28,497 nucleotides of DNA from Raphidiopsis brookii D9 (GTDB lineage Bacteria > Cyanobacteriota > Cyanobacteriia > Cyanobacteriales > Nostocaceae). The stretch covers positions 1 to 28,497 of the forward strand of contig ACYB01000024.1 in the NCBI GenBank assembly GCA_000175855.1. Reading direction: 5' to 3'. A program made the position numbers and the translations under genes. Below are positions 26,207-28,497 of the stretch, one piece after another. The stretch's first letter is position 1; every line of letters starts with the position of its first letter. The notes under the pieces are model-generated. The model did not search any database and was not told the origin of the DNA. It saw only the letters and a list, made by a program, of their open reading frames with translations.

Positions 26207-27388
26207 TTAAATAGTGTAAATACGTTTGTTTTTACTCACCAAACCTTTTTGCTCTAAAGAACGTAGAGCATTGAGGGCGGTGTGATATTCCGAGTTTAGG
26301 AATTTTTTAATCCCATTCACGGACTCGCTTCTTTTTTGTAGCAGGTAGTTGTAAACTTCTTTTTCAAAAGGAACCACCTTAGCTGTAACTAATCCTTCAA
26401 TCTCCTCAATCGGTATGGCAGTATGATTATTTTCCTCTTCATTTATATGACCATTTACTTCTTTTTCTATGGGCAATTCTGGTTCATCTAAGTTTAGCAG
26501 ATCCATAAAAATATCTGTACATTCTGCAACAGGTAGGCTACTACGATTGAATAGAATATCCATAGCAATCTCACGGAAGGTGGGATCTTCTGGTGCGACC
26601 AAAATATCGTTGTCAGCACAAACCTTAGCAATCATCAGACCAGCACGCAATCCAGAGGTTTTCTCCGCGTGGGTAGCCAGTCGAAATGATCTGACTAAAT
26701 CCACAATGAAACCAGCAGATTCTTTATCTATATTTGTTTTTTGAGCCAATATTTCGGTTTGGGTTAGGTGCTCAGGTTCTGGCATGCTAATGGTTACCAG
26801 TCTATCCATCAGCGCATCCTGTGTGGAATGGACCCCACAATATTCTTCTGGATTAGAGGTGAAAATAACCCGGAACTGAGGGTTAACATGAAGGTACTCA
26901 GGTTGATTACTGCTGGGTGGCAAACTAAGAATTTTTTCTTCTAAGGCTGAAAGCAAAACGTTATTTACTTCTGGGCGGGAGCGATTGAATTCATCATATA
27001 CTAATGTGAATCCTTCGCGACAAGCCAGAGTTAGTCTAGAATCCATCCAGTTCTGCCTAAATTCGTCCTCAATTTTGACAACGCTATGGATATAGTTATC
27101 TAGGAGCTTCTTATGGGTATAACCGGATTCACTGCCAATCAAATCCGAACTTTTAAACTCATCATCCCCAAAGAGCAACATCACTGGTCTATCTAAACAA
27201 TGAGCTAAATGTAAGGCTAAAGTAGTTTTACCTGTACCAGCAGGACCACGCAGATGCACTGGGAAACCAGATCTCAAATAGAGCAAAGCCCGCAAGGCCA
27301 CCTTCTCAATAGCAGGTGTCATCACGAACTGACCTGGACGAACCCGAAGAATTGCTCTTTTCTGATTGTTAATGTTGCTGACAGCCAT
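26207..27388 (-). CDS. gvpN: Gas vesicle protein GvpN (AAA+/MoxR-like ATPase) with a C-terminal winged-helix-like extension
   Basis: Walker A is [13 protein letters not shown] and Walker B is LVYDEFNRS, with an overall GvpN-like core of about 300 aa. An acidic linker follows, then a final segment of about 55 aa: [52 protein letters not shown]. Confidence 0.9.
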   Translation of the reverse strand: MAVSNINNQKRAILRVRPGQFVMTPAIEKVALRALLYLRSGFPVHLRGPAGTGKTTLALHLAHCLDRPVMLLFGDDEFKSSDLIGSESGYTHKKLLDNYIHSVVKIEDEFRQNWMDSRLTLACREGFTLVYDEFNRSRPEVNNVLLSALEEKILSLPPSSNQPEYLHVNPQFRVIFTSNPEEYCGVHSTQDALMDRLVTISMPEPEHLTQTEILAQKTNIDKESAGFIVDLVRSFRLATHAEKTSGLRAGLMIAKVCADNDILVAPEDPTFREIAMDILFNRSSLPVAECTDIFMDLLNLDEPELPIEKEVNGHINEEENNHTAIPIEEIEGLVTAKVVPFEKEVYNYLLQKRSESVNGIKKFLNSEYHTALNALRSLEQKGLVSKNKRIYTI

Positions 27389-27588
27389 AAGGTTACAAAT
27401 TGTAAGGAAATGAGATTAGCTAAAAAAATATGCTAGGTTTGAGATTAAGGTGCGGGATCAAGGTTAGTTTGAATGATTTCCCCTGAGTCCCTGTTGCTGT
27501 CAGACCATACACAGCCCACAGTCCTTAGACTTAGGTACGAACAACTGCATCAACGCTGCACTTTAAAACTCATTGTTATATGTTTAGT

Positions 27589-27628
27589 GCCTCCTATCTT
27601 CAGTTCGAAAACTGTTGATTTAGGAGGC
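27589..27628 (-). promoter_or_regulatory. Compound stem-loop in the gvpC-gvpN intergenic region, a candidate attenuator or RNA-stability element
   Basis: On the minus-strand RNA it reads GCCUCCU-aaaucaa-CAGUU-UUCG-AACUG-aagau-AGGAGGC. That is a 7-bp GC-rich outer stem and a 5-bp inner stem capped by a UUCG tetraloop, about 70 nt after the gvpC stop and about 200 nt before the gvpN start. There is no U-tail. Confidence 0.35.
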
Positions 27629-27699
27629 CTTCGTTTGGCTAGAATATTATGCGGATGAGTCAGAAGCAAAATCTTTAATTTGCCTGATAAATCAGCACC

Positions 27700-28362
27700 T
27701 TACACACCAATAACACTCAAAAATAGATCTTGGCGGAACTGACGCAATGCCTCTTTTTGGGCAGCTGCTTTGGCAGCGCGATCGCTAGTCGTAGCTGTCA
27801 AGAAAGCACTAGTTTTTGCTCTAGTTCTTTTATGGAAAGCACTTAGCTCTGCTGCTTGCTTTTGGGCTTCGTCAATACGAGCTTTCGCAGTATCTGCTAA
27901 GAAAGCACTAGTTTTTTGCTCTAGTTCTTTATGGAAAGCGCTTAGTTCTGCTGCCTGTTTTTGAGCTTGGGCAATGCGTGCCTTCGCAGTATCTGCTAGA
28001 AACACTTCTGTTTTTTGCTCTAATTGTTTATGGAAAGCGTTTAGTTCTGCTGCTTGTTCTTGGGCTTGAGCATAGCGAGCTTGAGTAGTCTTTGTCAAAA
28101 ACTTACTGGTTTCTTGCTCTAGCTGGGAGCGGAACTGATTTAATTCCTGAGCCTGAGCTTGAGCTTGAGCTTGACGAGCTTGAGCGGTTTTTGCCAAAAA
28201 CTGATCAATTTCTTGTTCTAGTTGTTGGCGAAATTGGCTTAAATCCTCTGCTTGCTTTTGAGCTTGGGCAAGTCTATTACTTTTCCTTGTGGAAAGAAAA
28301 TCGTTGACCTCTTGAAATATTGACTGATTTTCCAGTCGGATTTTTTGCAACAAAGCGACCAT
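27700..28362 (-). CDS. gvpC: Gas vesicle structural/strengthening protein GvpC (five 33-residue repeats)
   Basis: MVALLQKIRLENQSI... is followed by five 33-aa repeats of the type R.AQAQKQAAEL.AFHK.LEQKT..FLA.TA.A, and it ends ...LRQFRQDLFLSVIGV. This is the Anabaena flos-aquae GvpC architecture as I recall it. I chose the ATG at 28362, which has a strong AAGGAGGA Shine-Dalgarno 5 nt upstream. The ORF-track start at 28404 is less likely. Confidence 0.93.
   Translation of the reverse strand: MVALLQKIRLENQSIFQEVNDFLSTRKSNRLAQAQKQAEDLSQFRQQLEQEIDQFLAKTAQARQAQAQAQAQELNQFRSQLEQETSKFLTKTTQARYAQAQEQAAELNAFHKQLEQKTEVFLADTAKARIAQAQKQAAELSAFHKELEQKTSAFLADTAKARIDEAQKQAAELSAFHKRTRAKTSAFLTATTSDRAAKAAAQKEALRQFRQDLFLSVIGV
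27781..28275 (-). repeat. Five tandem 99-nt (33-codon) repeats inside gvpC
   Basis: From the translation the repeats span residues 30-62, 63-95, 96-128, 129-161 and 162-194. Repeats 3-5 are also highly similar at the DNA level. Repeat 2 contains a short GCTTGA-type hexamer run that encodes AQAQAQAQ. Confidence 0.9.
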
Positions 28363-28471
28363 GAAGTCCTCCTTAAATATAAACATCAATGGGAGAAGAT
28401 TCACCAGATCAAAACAAATCTAGTGAACTTCTTACCACTTGGTTATTGTCTAGCCGTAGTCTTATAAAAAA

Positions 28472-28497
28472 TTAAGCAGGTACAGCTGCGGACTGGG
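28472..28497 (-). CDS. gvpA: 3' end of the major gas vesicle structural protein gene gvpA (partial; runs off the window)
   Basis: The reverse complement of the last 26 nt reads (xCC) CAG TCC GCA GCT GTA CCT GCT TAA, which is ...(T)QSAAVPA*. This matches the C-terminus of Anabaena-type GvpA as I recall it (...AVGLTQSAAVPA). It lies 109 nt upstream of gvpC on the same strand, as expected. Confidence 0.8.

Noticed and set aside
27254-27658. Plus-strand ORFs at 27254-27436 and 27473-27658 near and inside the gvpC-gvpN spacer
   Set aside because: They have the opposite orientation to the operon, no ribosome-binding site and no recognisable motif, and one overlaps the gvpN start. The minus strand of the spacer holds only ORFs of 7-16 codons. 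A small protein cannot be excluded, but nothing supports one.
27770-28307. Plus-strand ORFs of 64 and 71 aa antisense to gvpC
   Set aside because: They are low-complexity products generated by the reverse complement of the Ala/Gln/Glu-rich 33-aa repeats.

Overview
This looks like a chromosomal segment from a gas-vacuolate filamentous cyanobacterium, probably Nostocales of the Anabaena/Dolichospermum/Aphanizomenon type. The evidence is a near-canonical NtcA, at least 13 HIP1 octamers (GCGATCGC), and a GvpC with five 33-residue repeats.

Positions 1-18.8 kb hold ordinary housekeeping genes: a VOC/glyoxalase-family protein, a NarL-type response regulator, a Ctp S41 protease, recJ next to a Cas4-like Fe-S PD-(D/E)XK nuclease, an IMPase-family protein, a PucC/BCD MFS transporter, ntcA, fabI, hisB, an ABC ATPase, a multi-SLBB polysaccharide export protein, gap, tal, and a four-ACT aspartate kinase.

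Positions 18.8-28.5 kb are the accessory part, a minus-strand gas-vesicle cluster. The order is gvpA (only the last 8 codons, at the window edge), gvpC, gvpN, gvpJ, gvpK, gvpF, gvpG, a plus-strand gvpV-like coiled-coil gene, then a second GvpF/L-family gene in the gvpW position.

The most interesting candidate system follows that last gene. A tandem ArsA/GET3-type ATPase and a Cdc48-like double AAA+ ATPase without an N-domain sit on the same strand with only 35-nt and 38-nt gaps. I propose, as inference only, that they form a chaperone or unfoldase accessory module for gas-vesicle assembly.

Reading the DNA also shows three A/T-homopolymer length anomalies:
- The ntcA C-terminus is frameshifted. 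One extra A would restore the canonical 223-aa protein.
- The ArsA-like gene is split at an A7 run.
- gvpC repeat 5 carries a compensated +1/-1 indel pair.
These are either assembly errors or real slippage variants.

I recognised no rRNA, tRNA, CRISPR array or mobile element.
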